The notes beneath the pieces were generated by a model. The model had not been told where the DNA came from. It worked only from the letters and a program-made list of their open reading frames with translations, and made no database searches. Source: an uncultured Candidatus Poseidoniales archaeon (GTDB lineage Archaea; Thermoplasmatota; Poseidoniia; Poseidoniales; CAYMED01). From it: a DNA stretch of 64,000 bases. Made by a program: the position numbers and the translations under genes. Shown here in pieces: positions 1 through 9,753 of this stretch. Every line of letters starts with the position of its first letter. Positions within the stretch are counted from its first letter, which is position 1. The stretch is taken from positions 39,163 to 103,162 of the forward strand of contig CAYMED010000003.1 of assembly GCA_964389655.1 (NCBI GenBank), read 5' to 3'.

Positions 1-2256
1 TGCTTCAAGAGCCACATGCGACATTGCAGACCAAGTTACAATGGTTAGGTCATCACCCCATCTTAGCACATGTGCTTGGCCAATTTGGAATGGTAATGCC
101 CCATTATCAATCGCAAGATTAACAGGGTTAGAATCAACTTCTTGATCAATTCGATCACCCCAACCAGTACGACCACCTCGAAGGCCATACAATCCAATAT
201 GTTCAAGGAAAACACATGGATCTGGGAGAGCAATCGCCTCAAGAAGCAAATCATATGCTGCTTGGGGAGTAGAAGGTGCAAGAAGGACGAGACCTGGGTC
301 ATTTGCAAACCATGCTTCAACTTGCTTTGCATGGAATGGGCCAGAGTATGTGCGAGCACCCACGGGTATGCGCACAGTCAAAGGAACATCTGCGCCCCAC
401 CTCCATCGAAGCATAGCCGCATTGTTCACTAAAGGATTCATCGCAAGAGAGGAAAAACCACCAAATTGTATCTCTGCTACTGGACGTAGTCCCCCTAATG
501 CTGCACCTGTCATCGAATGGATAATCGCAGACTCGGACAAGGGTGCATCGACTAACCTTTCAGAATGCTGAGATAGCAAGGCTAGGTTTAGTCCAAAAGC
601 CCCTGCAGTTTCCATATCTTCTCCAAAGAAGATGACCTCATCCGGCCAACGGTCTGCTGCGGCAAGCAATGCCTGCTGGATTGCCTTGCTATAGGTCCAA
701 GCACCTGGTGCATCACTAAACGAAAGCGTCTCAGCCCCAATTCTTCTAGATGAGGTTGAATGTTGAATAGGCGTCTCAAAACGCGCAATTTGCTCTTCCC
801 GCGCTGGAGCATCATGGAATGAGAATATGCCACGAGTCACACTCATTGGAGTTGGCCATGGCATCGCCTCAACTTGAGAACGAGCAACGGCTACAAGTTC
901 ATGTTCTTCTAGGTCTATTGCATTGAGTTCATCAACATCAACCCCAAATTCTAGTAAGCGATTACGATGTTGGGGGATGGGGTCTTTGTTGGACCAATAT
1001 TCCATCAATTCCTTGTCTACAAACCCCGGTGGCTGGCCACTAGGTGACCCCAAATAGAGATCATCATGGTGATGTGCATGCCCACAACCCCTCATAACTT
1101 CCAAGTGAATGAGAACTGGGCCGCCATCCTCTGAAAGCCCAAACTCCCGGGCTACGGCAATCGAAGAGTGTATTTTCTCGGGAGATGTACCATCAATAGA
1201 CCATGCTGGAATTCCCATTGCCATTGCTTTATCCGACCATAATTCAGCTGCACTTTGATGGATGGGGGGGGTATCAAGTGCAATCTGATTATTCTCTAAA
1301 ATAAAGGCAATGGGCAACCCTCGCACAGCCGCTAAGTTTAGGGCTTCCCACCATTCACCTGACGATGATCCGCCCTCCCCAATACAAGCCACAGTGTATC
1401 GATTCGTTGCTTTTCGTAAAGAGGCAAATGCCAGCCCCACCGAGGTTGCAGTGGCGATTGGGAGGGGAGCCGAAGGGGGGAGGATGCCGGAGTCCCACTT
1501 ACCGATATGGAGGTCTCTTCCCCCCGAACCAGAAATTCCGCCATCCATCAATGAACCTGACTTGCCCATCTGAGCTGCAATCGCCTCAGTCGGTGATTGA
1601 CCCATGGCTAATGCAAGACCAAGGTCACGGATCATTGGAGCCACGATGTCACCAAAACCGGCCCTCACATCACCCGGTTCTGGTAGGTTGAGGGCAGTGG
1701 CCACTGCAACAATCGCTTCTTGCCATGTCGAACGAAATCCTTTACCCCCAAATTTCGTCCCAAAGGGAGTTTCCATGCCTTCGCCAAAGAGGTTCTTTAG
1801 CACCTCATCAACTTCACGTGTACGGACCATCCAGCGATACCACTGAATTCGCTGAGGCAAGGTAATTGCGGCTTCATATAATCGCCTTTGCAGGGCCAAT
1901 CGAAGGTCGATCAACATGTGGGAGTCGCGACGACCTAAGTGCTCTGCCCAAGATCTCCGCGGAAGGATTTCTTCATGATCAAACAATCCTTTTCGTGATT
2001 CCAATATGGCACCAATAATCGCCTCTTCGATTTGGGATAATGCAGAATATGCTGTTTCTGAATCAAGAAGGCCATCTCTTTGGGTAAGGGAAGAAATTGC
2101 GGAAACAGCTATGGGAAGATGGCCTTCATGTCGTTGACAAAGAATATCCCTTACAGATACCTCAAGATCATCCCAAGTGAGCGAGTTTTTGTGTTCAATG
2201 ATGGCTGGTTTCCATTTGGCGCCCCATATGCGCGGACGGTCGCCCTGTTCTGCCAT
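1..2256 (-). CDS. Fused 2-oxoacid dehydrogenase E1 alpha+beta subunit (TPP-dependent), 3' end runs off the window
   Basis: Not in the ORF track; translated by hand from ATG at 2256 (MAEQGDRPRIWGAKW...), open to position 1. TPP motif GEGGSSSGEWWEALNLAA...ENNQ; beta-subunit motifs FGEDM, DAPLSESAI, RPVAEIQF, GPFH, DPCVFLEH, GDDLTIVTW. Confidence 0.9.
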   Translation of the reverse strand, partial: MAEQGDRPRIWGAKWKPAIIEHKNSLTWDDLEVSVRDILCQRHEGHLPIAVSAISSLTQRDGLLDSETAYSALSQIEEAIIGAILESRKGLFDHEEILPRRSWAEHLGRRDSHMLIDLRLALQRRLYEAAITLPQRIQWYRWMVRTREVDEVLKNLFGEGMETPFGTKFGGKGFRSTWQEAIVAVATALNLPEPGDVRAGFGDIVAPMIRDLGLALAMGQSPTEAIAAQMGKSGSLMDGGISGSGGRDLHIGKWDSGILPPSAPLPIATATSVGLAFASLRKATNRYTVACIGEGGSSSGEWWEALNLAAVRGLPIAFILENNQIALDTPPIHQSAAELWSDKAMAMGIPAWSIDGTSPEKIHSSIAVAREFGLSEDGGPVLIHLEVMRGCGHAHHHDDLYLGSPSGQPPGFVDKELMEYWSNKDPIPQHRNRLLEFGVDVDELNAIDLEEHELVAVARSQVEAMPWPTPMSVTRGIFSFHDAPAREEQIARFETPIQHSTSSRRIGAETLSFSDAPGAWTYSKAIQQALLAAADRWPDEVIFFGEDMETAGAFGLNLALLSQHSERLVDAPLSESAIIHSMTGAALGGLRPVAEIQFGGFSSLAMNPLVNNAAMLRWRWGADVPLTVRIPVGARTYSGPFHAKQVEAWFANDPGLVLLAPSTPQAAYDLLLEAIALPDPCVFLEHIGLYGLRGGRTGWGDRIDQEVDSNPVNLAIDNGALPFQIGQAHVLRWGDDLTIVTWSAMSHVALEA

Positions 2257-2298
2257 TAAAGTGGGGGCGCTACAGGACAATCATGAAGGATTCCCTCC

Positions 2299-3315
2299 TC
2301 ATTCTTCGCCATCTGCTGTAAGAAGGCTGGCAAGTTCGACTGGGCGAGGACCACGTGCATGTATTCCATGCAATATTTCAGAAACAGGTCCACCTTCTGG
2401 GAGGAGTTCAAGAAGTTCTTCAAGCATTGAAATGGATTCAACAATCCTGTCTGATTGGCTCGGATCCACTTCTGAGAGAGGACGGTACAAATCGAATAAA
2501 AGTGTCCGCACCTGATCAACAACACTCCGGGAAAACCGGACCACATCCCGATCTATTTGTGAAATGCCAGCATAATCCGTATGCAATTCGACGGTCGGAA
2601 CTGGCTCTTGAAGTGTTTCAAAAATATCATCTACTTCTTCGTCAAGTTTCCCCAATGCGCTGTCCAAAGCACTCTGCAGGTCAATCTCATCACCGAGCCC
2701 TTCGTCTCCAATCACGAGGCGGCCGATTCCCTTATCCAAAATAGAAAGTACGCGATGGACTGCAATCTCATCGATATCTTCATCCAATTCAGTAAGTATT
2801 GATTCTGCCAATTCAGAATTGATGCGAGATGGGTTCAACAAACTGGAAATGATGGGCGTAGCCCATGCAGGCTGATCAATGTCGATTTCAAGTCCTCTGA
2901 CTTTTATTGCGTCGATATCCGGCCCAGATACACGTGCAGGTGGTGGGACATATTCACCCCTAACATGCCGTTGTAAGCGATCAATCAGATGCTCGAGCCG
3001 AATGGGTTTTGTGAGAACTTCATTGACGCCTGCTCGCGTTGCCTGAACCAAATCATCAGCAACTGGTTCAGTTGCCATCAATATAATCCGGCCGCGGAAT
3101 GATGATGACATCGCTAATGCCTTAATTGTGTCATAGAGGCTTCCGTCTCTCCACGTTTCATCAAAAAGAATCGCATCATGGGAACCTGCCTCTCCGGTGT
3201 TGAGAGCTTGAGAAAGAGTGTGCGCTCTTGTAGGCTGAAAACCTGCGCGCTCAAGTGATATTGCTAGCAACGAGCGGCGGCCTGCATCTTCGTCAGCAAT
3301 CAGGATGCTGGCCAT
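2299..3315 (-). CDS. Response-regulator receiver (REC) domain protein with unknown acidic helical C-terminal region
   Basis: ILIADED acidic pocket, AILFD putative phospho-acceptor, AGVNEVLTKP. Confidence 0.75.
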   Translation of the reverse strand: MASILIADEDAGRRSLLAISLERAGFQPTRAHTLSQALNTGEAGSHDAILFDETWRDGSLYDTIKALAMSSSFRGRIILMATEPVADDLVQATRAGVNEVLTKPIRLEHLIDRLQRHVRGEYVPPPARVSGPDIDAIKVRGLEIDIDQPAWATPIISSLLNPSRINSELAESILTELDEDIDEIAVHRVLSILDKGIGRLVIGDEGLGDEIDLQSALDSALGKLDEEVDDIFETLQEPVPTVELHTDYAGISQIDRDVVRFSRSVVDQVRTLLFDLYRPLSEVDPSQSDRIVESISMLEELLELLPEGGPVSEILHGIHARGPRPVELASLLTADGEE

Positions 3316-3383
3316 GGGAATCGGTTAGACGAAGCATATCCACGATTCAACACTATGGGAACAAAGAGACGATATTATTGCAA

Positions 3384-4316
3384 TCAATGGAGTTCTGACT
3401 CAAGCCAGCGCTCACAATCAATCGCCGCCTGACAACCCATGCCCGCTGCAGTAATTGCTTGTCGATATCGTTTATCCACGACATCTCCTGCTGAAAACAC
3501 ACCTGAAACAGAGGTCATTGTATTGGAATGATGGATAATGTAGCCCTCATCATCTAGATCAACTTGACCTTCAAGAAAGGCGGTAATTGGTTTATGCCCA
3601 ATAGCAATAAAAGCGCCCGTGCATGCAATTTCTTCAGTGGTTCCATATCTTGGATCTTCTATTATCGCACCTGAAAGACCTCGTTCATCAGATAACCATC
3701 TTTTGACGATGCGGTGGGAGCGAAAATCGATTTTCTCGTGATTACGGGCACGGTCAAGCATCACCTTGGAAGCACGGAAGACATCTCGGCGATGTAATAT
3801 AGTTACTTTTGAGGCAAATCTCGTCAAAAATGTTGCTTCTTCCATAGCGGAATCACCGCCACCAATGACAATCACTTCTTGATCACGGAAAAACGCACCA
3901 TCACATGTTGCGCATGTACTAATTCCACGACCTTTTTGTTCACTTTCACCCTCTGCATCCAACCATATCGCTTCAGCGCCAGTACACACAATTAATGAAC
4001 GAGTTGCAAATTCATTGCCTTCAACCCACACTCGAAAAGGATGGGCAGAAAGGTCAACACGGTCTACATCTTTATCAGCAATTTCTGCTCCAAACTTTAC
4101 TGCCTGTTCTCGGAGATGAATCATCATTTCCGGGCCGGAAACGCCATTTGGATAGCCGGGGAAGTTTTCAACATCTGAAGTCAACATTAGTTGTCCGCCG
4201 GACATATAACCTGCGAAGACAAGTGGGTTGAGCATTGCACGCGCCGTATAGAGAGCAGCAGTATAGCCAGCAGGCCCACTTCCAATGATGATCACGTCTC
4301 TCAAATCATGTGCCAT
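3384..4316 (-). CDS. trxB: Thioredoxin-disulfide reductase
   Basis: GSGPAG FAD motif, CATCDG redox centre, GGGDSAMEEA NADPH motif, GVFSAGD, RQAITAAG. Confidence 0.97.
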   Translation of the reverse strand: MAHDLRDVIIIGSGPAGYTAALYTARAMLNPLVFAGYMSGGQLMLTSDVENFPGYPNGVSGPEMMIHLREQAVKFGAEIADKDVDRVDLSAHPFRVWVEGNEFATRSLIVCTGAEAIWLDAEGESEQKGRGISTCATCDGAFFRDQEVIVIGGGDSAMEEATFLTRFASKVTILHRRDVFRASKVMLDRARNHEKIDFRSHRIVKRWLSDERGLSGAIIEDPRYGTTEEIACTGAFIAIGHKPITAFLEGQVDLDDEGYIIHHSNTMTSVSGVFSAGDVVDKRYRQAITAAGMGCQAAIDCERWLESELH

Positions 4317-4357
4317 AGATCACTGCGAGTTGCCGAATCAAATCAACTTTCGTGCAA

Positions 4358-4789
4358 TTAAGTCTTCAAAGAAACCTCCGCTAATCGCTCACCCTTCGCC
4401 ATCCATTCAAGGCCTTCATCTACCCAATCATGCATCGCATTCAAGCGGTTAGAGGGGATGTGAGACCCATCTACAATCTGTTGTATTGTACGTACTTCTT
4501 CTGAATGGATCTCACCATCAATTTTCGCCATCAGTAGTGCATCTCGAATGGCTGCAAGAATCGTGTAATCATCTACACCAGATACGACTTCTTGAATGGA
4601 TGATTGCTCTGACAAAAATGTCCGATATACGGCTCTAGTATCCGGATGAATGAGCAAACGAGCCATTCGCTCTTCATAAAGCGCAAGTTCTTCGCGTTTG
4701 ACGGTTCCATCTGCCATTGCAACAAGTGCTAGAATTCGGGCATATGCCTCATGATCGATTCGGCCAAACGCAAACGGTCTTGGTATCAT
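4358..4789 (-). CDS. TerB-family metal-binding protein
   Basis: Two AMADG..REE / AKIDGEIHSEE motifs; start moved to ATG 4789. Confidence 0.7.
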   Translation of the reverse strand: MIPRPFAFGRIDHEAYARILALVAMADGTVKREELALYEERMARLLIHPDTRAVYRTFLSEQSSIQEVVSGVDDYTILAAIRDALLMAKIDGEIHSEEVRTIQQIVDGSHIPSNRLNAMHDWVDEGLEWMAKGERLAEVSLKT

Positions 4790-4849
4790 GATAGGCCATC
4801 CACCAGCACCCACTTAGGATTTGGGAAAGCATGACGGTAAAAATAGCCA

Positions 4850-5245
4850 TTATTGCAATCTTGCAACTGCGCGGACAGCTGCTCGAGCATGTTTCTCAAG
4901 CCTAGTTTCTAAATGCGCTTTTCGGGCACCGGGACCAATAATTCCAATTCCAATCGGCTTATCGTGTATCAACTGAAGTTCAAGAAGTGTCTTGATTACC
5001 GCTTGTCCAATGACCAATCCATGATGCGTTTCACCCGCCTCAATTACACCAAGAACAATCGAGCCTGCGATAGTTTCATCTGAAAATGTTCGGTCAACGG
5101 AAAGAGGGATTTCTAGGGCACCGGGAACCCATATAGGGTTGTCAAAAGTCAAACCTAATTTATTCGCCTCATCTTCTGCCCATTCAAGCATTTGGGCAAC
5201 ATGGTCACGGTGAAAGTCAGTGCATATACACGAAATTTTCAACAC
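4850..5245 (-). CDS. ribH: 6,7-dimethyl-8-ribityllumazine synthase
   Basis: VPGALEIPL, LGVIEAGETHH, KPIGIGIIGPG; last gene of the rib operon. Confidence 0.9.
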   Translation of the reverse strand: MLKISCICTDFHRDHVAQMLEWAEDEANKLGLTFDNPIWVPGALEIPLSVDRTFSDETIAGSIVLGVIEAGETHHGLVIGQAVIKTLLELQLIHDKPIGIGIIGPGARKAHLETRLEKHARAAVRAVARLQ

Positions 5246-5862
5246 GCCACCCCCTTTTCAGCAAGTAGCCGCTCAACTGTTTGAACTACAGCAATTGTTT
5301 GTCCATCGAATTCGAGGTTCACCAAATCACCTACTGATTTCTCTCCGAGAGTCGTACGTTCAAGTGTTTCAGGAATCAAATGTATGTGAAATGAATCCGT
5401 CAATGGGTCAACATGGCCTACTGTAAGACTGATGCCGTCAACTGCAATATACCCTTTAGAAAAAATCACGGGAAGACTAGGGTCCTCACAACGTATAACA
5501 CAAACCGCACTTTTGGTGTTTTTTTGCCAAAATTCGATGATGCCTTTTGCATTAATGTGACCACTTAGTAGATGACCACCAATCTCATCACCTATCTTGA
5601 GAGATCGTTCGATGTTCAATGGGTCACCGACATTTTTCTGAGAAAGGGTTGTACAGCGCAATGTTTCGGGAATTAAGTCAAAATGGACCACATCCCCTTC
5701 GATCTTGACAACAGTGAGGCAGACGCCCTCAACAGAAATGCTAGCACTTGGAATGAGACCTCCCAATGATGAGAAAGGAATTTTCACGCTAATTCGCCAA
5801 GTATCATCACCCTTATCGAGTGAAACGAGAGTGCCAATTGTTTCAACAATACCTGAAAACAA
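5239..5862 (-). CDS. ribC: Riboflavin synthase, bacterial alpha-chain type
   Basis: (M)FSGIVE N-terminus if TTG 5862 is the start; duplicated SISVEGVCLTV / IAVDGISLTV barrels; GGHLLSGH; VNLEFD. Confidence 0.92.
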   Translation of the reverse strand: MFSGIVETIGTLVSLDKGDDTWRISVKIPFSSLGGLIPSASISVEGVCLTVVKIEGDVVHFDLIPETLRCTTLSQKNVGDPLNIERSLKIGDEIGGHLLSGHINAKGIIEFWQKNTKSAVCVIRCEDPSLPVIFSKGYIAVDGISLTVGHVDPLTDSFHIHLIPETLERTTLGEKSVGDLVNLEFDGQTIAVVQTVERLLAEKGVAC

Positions 5863-5867
5863 TTTGG

Positions 5868-6341
5868 TCACTCCCCCTCTGTGATCCCTGCCTGATCAAG
5901 ACTAGTGCGGGGTGGCCATAGATCAAGAATGCGCGAGATGATGAGGCGGGTACCATCGAGGTCGCCAGAAAGGCCACCTACCCGGATTAAGTCAATCTCA
6001 CTGCGCCCACGCAAGTCTAAATCCGCACGAATTGCATCTTCACTGTGTTTTTGGTCGTAGCCTAATGCGATAACATTTGGTTGCACGGTATCAAGAATTT
6101 CGAAAATTGGAATTGATGGGGGGTTTCCAATGATTGCTGCATCTACAGGTTTCAAGCCGGCAACCATGCGCCGGCGAAATTCCATTTTTGTCACGGGTTC
6201 ATGTTTTCTTTTTCGAACCGTATCGTCATGTGCAACGACGACAGTAAGGTGCTCGCCTAGGGATTTAGCCTGTTCAAGATAATGAAGGTGGCCCACATGG
6301 AGTAGGTCGAAAGCGCCAACAGCCATCACTCGGCGAACCAT
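5868..6341 (-). CDS. ribL: Archaeal FAD synthase (cytidylyltransferase family)
   Basis: GAFDLLHVGH HxGH motif, VVVAHD, ALGYDQ; lies within the rib operon. Confidence 0.85.
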   Translation of the reverse strand: MVRRVMAVGAFDLLHVGHLHYLEQAKSLGEHLTVVVAHDDTVRKRKHEPVTKMEFRRRMVAGLKPVDAAIIGNPPSIPIFEILDTVQPNVIALGYDQKHSEDAIRADLDLRGRSEIDLIRVGGLSGDLDGTRLIISRILDLWPPRTSLDQAGITEGE

Positions 6342-7066
6342 CAGGATGCCACCTCTTGTGAAGCGGAAGTGAAACCTTTGAGGAGGTCTGACCCTAGAAC
6401 AAAAGGTATGTTGTTCTCAAGCCCCCACCTTTTTGCACGTTCAAAATCAAGAGCACCATCACCCTCTGGGTCAAGCATTTCAGCACCAATAACTACGGGA
6501 GGTAGGTTTGCAAGGCGGGCTATGGCAACAGCTAATTCGGTGTGCCCTTGACGGTTCACGATTCCCCCGCTGGCCTCACGGCAAACAGGTATGTGGCCAG
6601 GGGTACGAAATTCATCACCCAATCGGGAGGAGGCAATTTCAAAATCCCACGAAAATTCGATTCCTTCAGCACTAAGTTCTGCAAAACGCTTCGTGGTTAG
6701 AGCACGATCACGGTCAGTAATCCCTGTATAGGTGTCTCTGTGATTAAGAGAAAGAGTGAAGGCTGATTTTTCATCATAAGGAAGATCATCAGTAACCAAA
6801 TGAGAGAGCAGGGGCCACAGTGCTGTTGCGGCAGATTCCGTATGCAGTTCTTGAAGAAAGGGCATATCAAACATTTCACCTATTTCTTCGCCAATTGCAA
6901 GGAAAAGAAGGCCACCACAAGTTCTCCGAAGGCGGCGGATGCGGCTGGGGGTGATTGCTCCACCGGGATAAAGAAGGTCAGTTTCCCCCTCTCTCATTGC
7001 TGAATCAAACACTAGAACGGGATCCCCCTGCCCGAAGGCAGTGATAGCAGCATCGAGAGAGGTCAT
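6341..7066 (-). CDS. ribB: 3,4-dihydroxy-2-butanone 4-phosphate synthase, archaeal type
   Basis: VFDSAMREGETD, DLPYDEKSAF archaeal insertion, TGITDRDRA, FRTPGH, RQGHTE, AEML. Confidence 0.93.
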   Translation of the reverse strand: MTSLDAAITAFGQGDPVLVFDSAMREGETDLLYPGGAITPSRIRRLRRTCGGLLFLAIGEEIGEMFDMPFLQELHTESAATALWPLLSHLVTDDLPYDEKSAFTLSLNHRDTYTGITDRDRALTTKRFAELSAEGIEFSWDFEIASSRLGDEFRTPGHIPVCREASGGIVNRQGHTELAVAIARLANLPPVVIGAEMLDPEGDGALDFERAKRWGLENNIPFVLGSDLLKGFTSASQEVAS

Positions 7067-7253
7067 TGACTCATTTCGGCGATTCGGGACTCCTTCATCA
7101 AGGGTCGGATGATTCGACAGGATGAATTATTCCCAAAAATCATCAGATTTGAGGTGCTCATTTTTTCCCTAAGACGTATCGTCATTCTTTCAAACCTCCA
7201 AGGGAGTGATGTGAGTGAATGGACTTGAAGCAAGCCCTGCGCGCTCATTGCGG

Positions 7254-9122
7254 ATGCCTGTTTTGGTCATTTACATCACAATAATCCTAATCGTATCTCC
7301 TCTAGTCGGGGGTAATTCCATGGCGAAAGAGTCCCCTCGATTTGTAGACGCAACATCGTCTTGGGGGTTAGAAGACATCAGCCCCGGTGAATTGGTAAAC
7401 ATCGCATCATATGGTCCTGGAATCTCATTGTCTGATTGCGACGGAGATGGGGACCTAGACCTATTCATCACCCCACGTTTCCACCATTTTGGACCATCAA
7501 CGGGAGATGAAGAAAACTACACAGGTGTTGGAAATTCGATATTGTTACGTAATGAAGGAAATCACTTCACCAACATTACAAAGGGATCTGGTATCGAATT
7601 GATCAATTCCACAGTTATTGGATCGGCTTGGGGTGATTATGACAATGATGGAGATGTGGATGTCTATTTGAGTAATTACGGATATACAGACACATACAAC
7701 ACCTCATCAGGAGCCCCCAACTCATTGCATCGAAATGACGGAAATTGCATATTCACCGATGTCACATTAGAGGCAAATGTGGCCAACCCAGGGCACAGTT
7801 CAACCGCTCTTTGGGCTGACTACGACCATGATGGTGATTTGGACCTCTATTCAATGAATATTGGAAGTGTAAATGAATTTGAGTATCGAGTCAGAGCAGA
7901 GACTAATATTCTCTACAAGAATCAGTTAGTCGAAACTGGAGTTCCTAATTTCATCGATGACACACTTTTTGCGGGTGTTTCCGGGCAAATTGAGTTTTCA
8001 GACATCCCTAATTTGATTGTTAGCCCTGAACCTGTCAATATCGATGTCGCATCTCCTTCAAATCCATCTGCTCAAATGGATACAATGCACAATGATCATC
8101 GCGGTTCTGGACTTTCTTGGGCGGGGGTCTTTTTTGATTATGATAATGATGGCTGGGAAGACCTCTTTGTAGCCTCAGATTTTGCAATATCACCTATTTA
8201 CCGCAATAATGGAAATGGAACATTCACAGTTGTTACGCATAAACTGCTGATGAATAGAGCGGGAACTGGAATGGGAGCTCATGCATCTGATATAGACGGG
8301 GACGGGGATTTGGACTTATGTCAGACGAACTTCGGCCCAAACTACATTTGGTTGAACAGCCAAAGCCCCAACGGAAATTCGTATTTCAAGCAAATTCAGG
8401 AAGAATCTGGGATCTCCAATACCGAAGAAGTGAATTGGGCCTGTTTGTGGTTTGATCATGATCTCGATGCTGATCAAGACCTCTTTTTTGGGGTTGGACG
8501 AATATCACCCTATGTATGGGTCAACAACAACAGTTTCTATGTAAATGATGGCACAGGCAGCATGACTGACGTTACAGATCAAAGTGGCCTTGAACATTCA
8601 TACAAGACAATGGGGGTTGCAATGGGGGACATCGATAATGATGGAGATATTGACTTGGTTCTTGGAAATTCAGATGGGCCAATTCAAATGATGCTTAGTC
8701 AGGCGGCACAAATTGACGGGAATACATGGATCTCGATTCGGCTTGAAGGAAATCAATCAAATTCACGCGGGATTGGGGCAAGAGTAACCATCGTCATGCA
8801 AGATGGATCTTCGCAAACTCAAATGGTATATGCTGGTCAAGGGTTCCTAGGAACGAGTGATTCTAGAGTTCATTTTGGCTTGAACAAAAATACCGTAATC
8901 AAGGAGGTCAAAGTTCTATGGTCAACTGGCCATGAACAAGTGCTTCACAATGTTGCGGCAAATCAGTTCCTTCTGATCAAAGAAGATGCACCGATTGTGA
9001 GCTACACCACCTCAAGCCTCAATGCTGGCCTAGCAGGTTCTACTATCATCTTACTTTCTGTTGCCAGTGCAGTTCTTCTTCTCCCGGAACTATTTGGGAG
9101 GGGTAAAAAAAATATCGAATGA
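7254..9122 (+). CDS. CRTAC1-family FG-GAP repeat / ASPIC-UnbV surface protein, membrane anchored
   Basis: Signal peptide; repeated D[YI]DNDGD.D motifs; UnbV motifs NSRGIGARV and RVHFGL; C-terminal TM followed by a basic tail. Confidence 0.88.
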   Translation: MPVLVIYITIILIVSPLVGGNSMAKESPRFVDATSSWGLEDISPGELVNIASYGPGISLSDCDGDGDLDLFITPRFHHFGPSTGDEENYTGVGNSILLRNEGNHFTNITKGSGIELINSTVIGSAWGDYDNDGDVDVYLSNYGYTDTYNTSSGAPNSLHRNDGNCIFTDVTLEANVANPGHSSTALWADYDHDGDLDLYSMNIGSVNEFEYRVRAETNILYKNQLVETGVPNFIDDTLFAGVSGQIEFSDIPNLIVSPEPVNIDVASPSNPSAQMDTMHNDHRGSGLSWAGVFFDYDNDGWEDLFVASDFAISPIYRNNGNGTFTVVTHKLLMNRAGTGMGAHASDIDGDGDLDLCQTNFGPNYIWLNSQSPNGNSYFKQIQEESGISNTEEVNWACLWFDHDLDADQDLFFGVGRISPYVWVNNNSFYVNDGTGSMTDVTDQSGLEHSYKTMGVAMGDIDNDGDIDLVLGNSDGPIQMMLSQAAQIDGNTWISIRLEGNQSNSRGIGARVTIVMQDGSSQTQMVYAGQGFLGTSDSRVHFGLNKNTVIKEVKVLWSTGHEQVLHNVAANQFLLIKEDAPIVSYTTSSLNAGLAGSTIILLSVASAVLLLPELFGRGKKNIE

Positions 9123-9192
9123 ATGAGATGTGTCAAGTATGATGCCGACATCGCAAGAATTAGGATTCTCTTGTAGGAGATGAGGTGGGACT

Positions 9193-9753
9193 ATGAAATC
9201 ATGGCCGGCTGACCAATGGTTTATGCCAAATCCAAGTCTTGTTGATAAAATACGAAAGCTTCGCATACTTGTTCTTGACGTGGATGGTGTATTGACAGAT
9301 GGAACTATACTTCGGTTAGCTGATGGAACTGAAGCGAGAAAGTTCTCAGTATACGATGGCCATGGACTTGGCCTTCTAAAATCCGAAGGATGGGTATTGG
9401 CAGCTGTATCTCGAGAACCCTCTATGATTACTAAATCAAGATTAGAGAAATTGAACTTTGATGAAATTCACATTGGCATTGAGGATAAAGGAAGCACGAT
9501 TGTGGAAATGCTAAATCGGTTAGGAATAAAACGAGAACATGCTGCTTTTTTTGGAGATGATCTCCCTGATATTTCAGCATTTGAAAATGTTGGAATACGG
9601 GTCGCACCAAATGGCGCTCATCCAGTAGTGGAAGATGCTGCTGACATAGTAACAATCTCAAGGGGTGGGTATGGGGCCGTTCGAGAAATTTGTGAGATCT
9701 TCAGGGCATGTCATGGAAAAGGGCCCTATGTTGGCGCACTTACCCAGCAATGA
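9193..9753 (+). CDS. KdsC/YrbI-family HAD phosphatase (probable nonulosonate-9-phosphate phosphatase)
   Basis: LDVDGVLTDG, FSVYDGHG, FGDDLPD, GGYGAVRE. Confidence 0.85.
   Translation: MKSWPADQWFMPNPSLVDKIRKLRILVLDVDGVLTDGTILRLADGTEARKFSVYDGHGLGLLKSEGWVLAAVSREPSMITKSRLEKLNFDEIHIGIEDKGSTIVEMLNRLGIKREHAAFFGDDLPDISAFENVGIRVAPNGAHPVVEDAADIVTISRGGYGAVREICEIFRACHGKGPYVGALTQQ

Noticed and set aside
63-1846. Short ORF-track calls in the first 2 kb
   Set aside because: They are shadows of the open E1 frame 2256 to <1.
7063-7248. 61-aa ORF ending in an ATGA overlap with ribB, at the position ribK often occupies
   Set aside because: No RibK motifs beyond a weak CRIIRP; any ATGA start produces this overlap, and the ORF spans the divergent promoter region.
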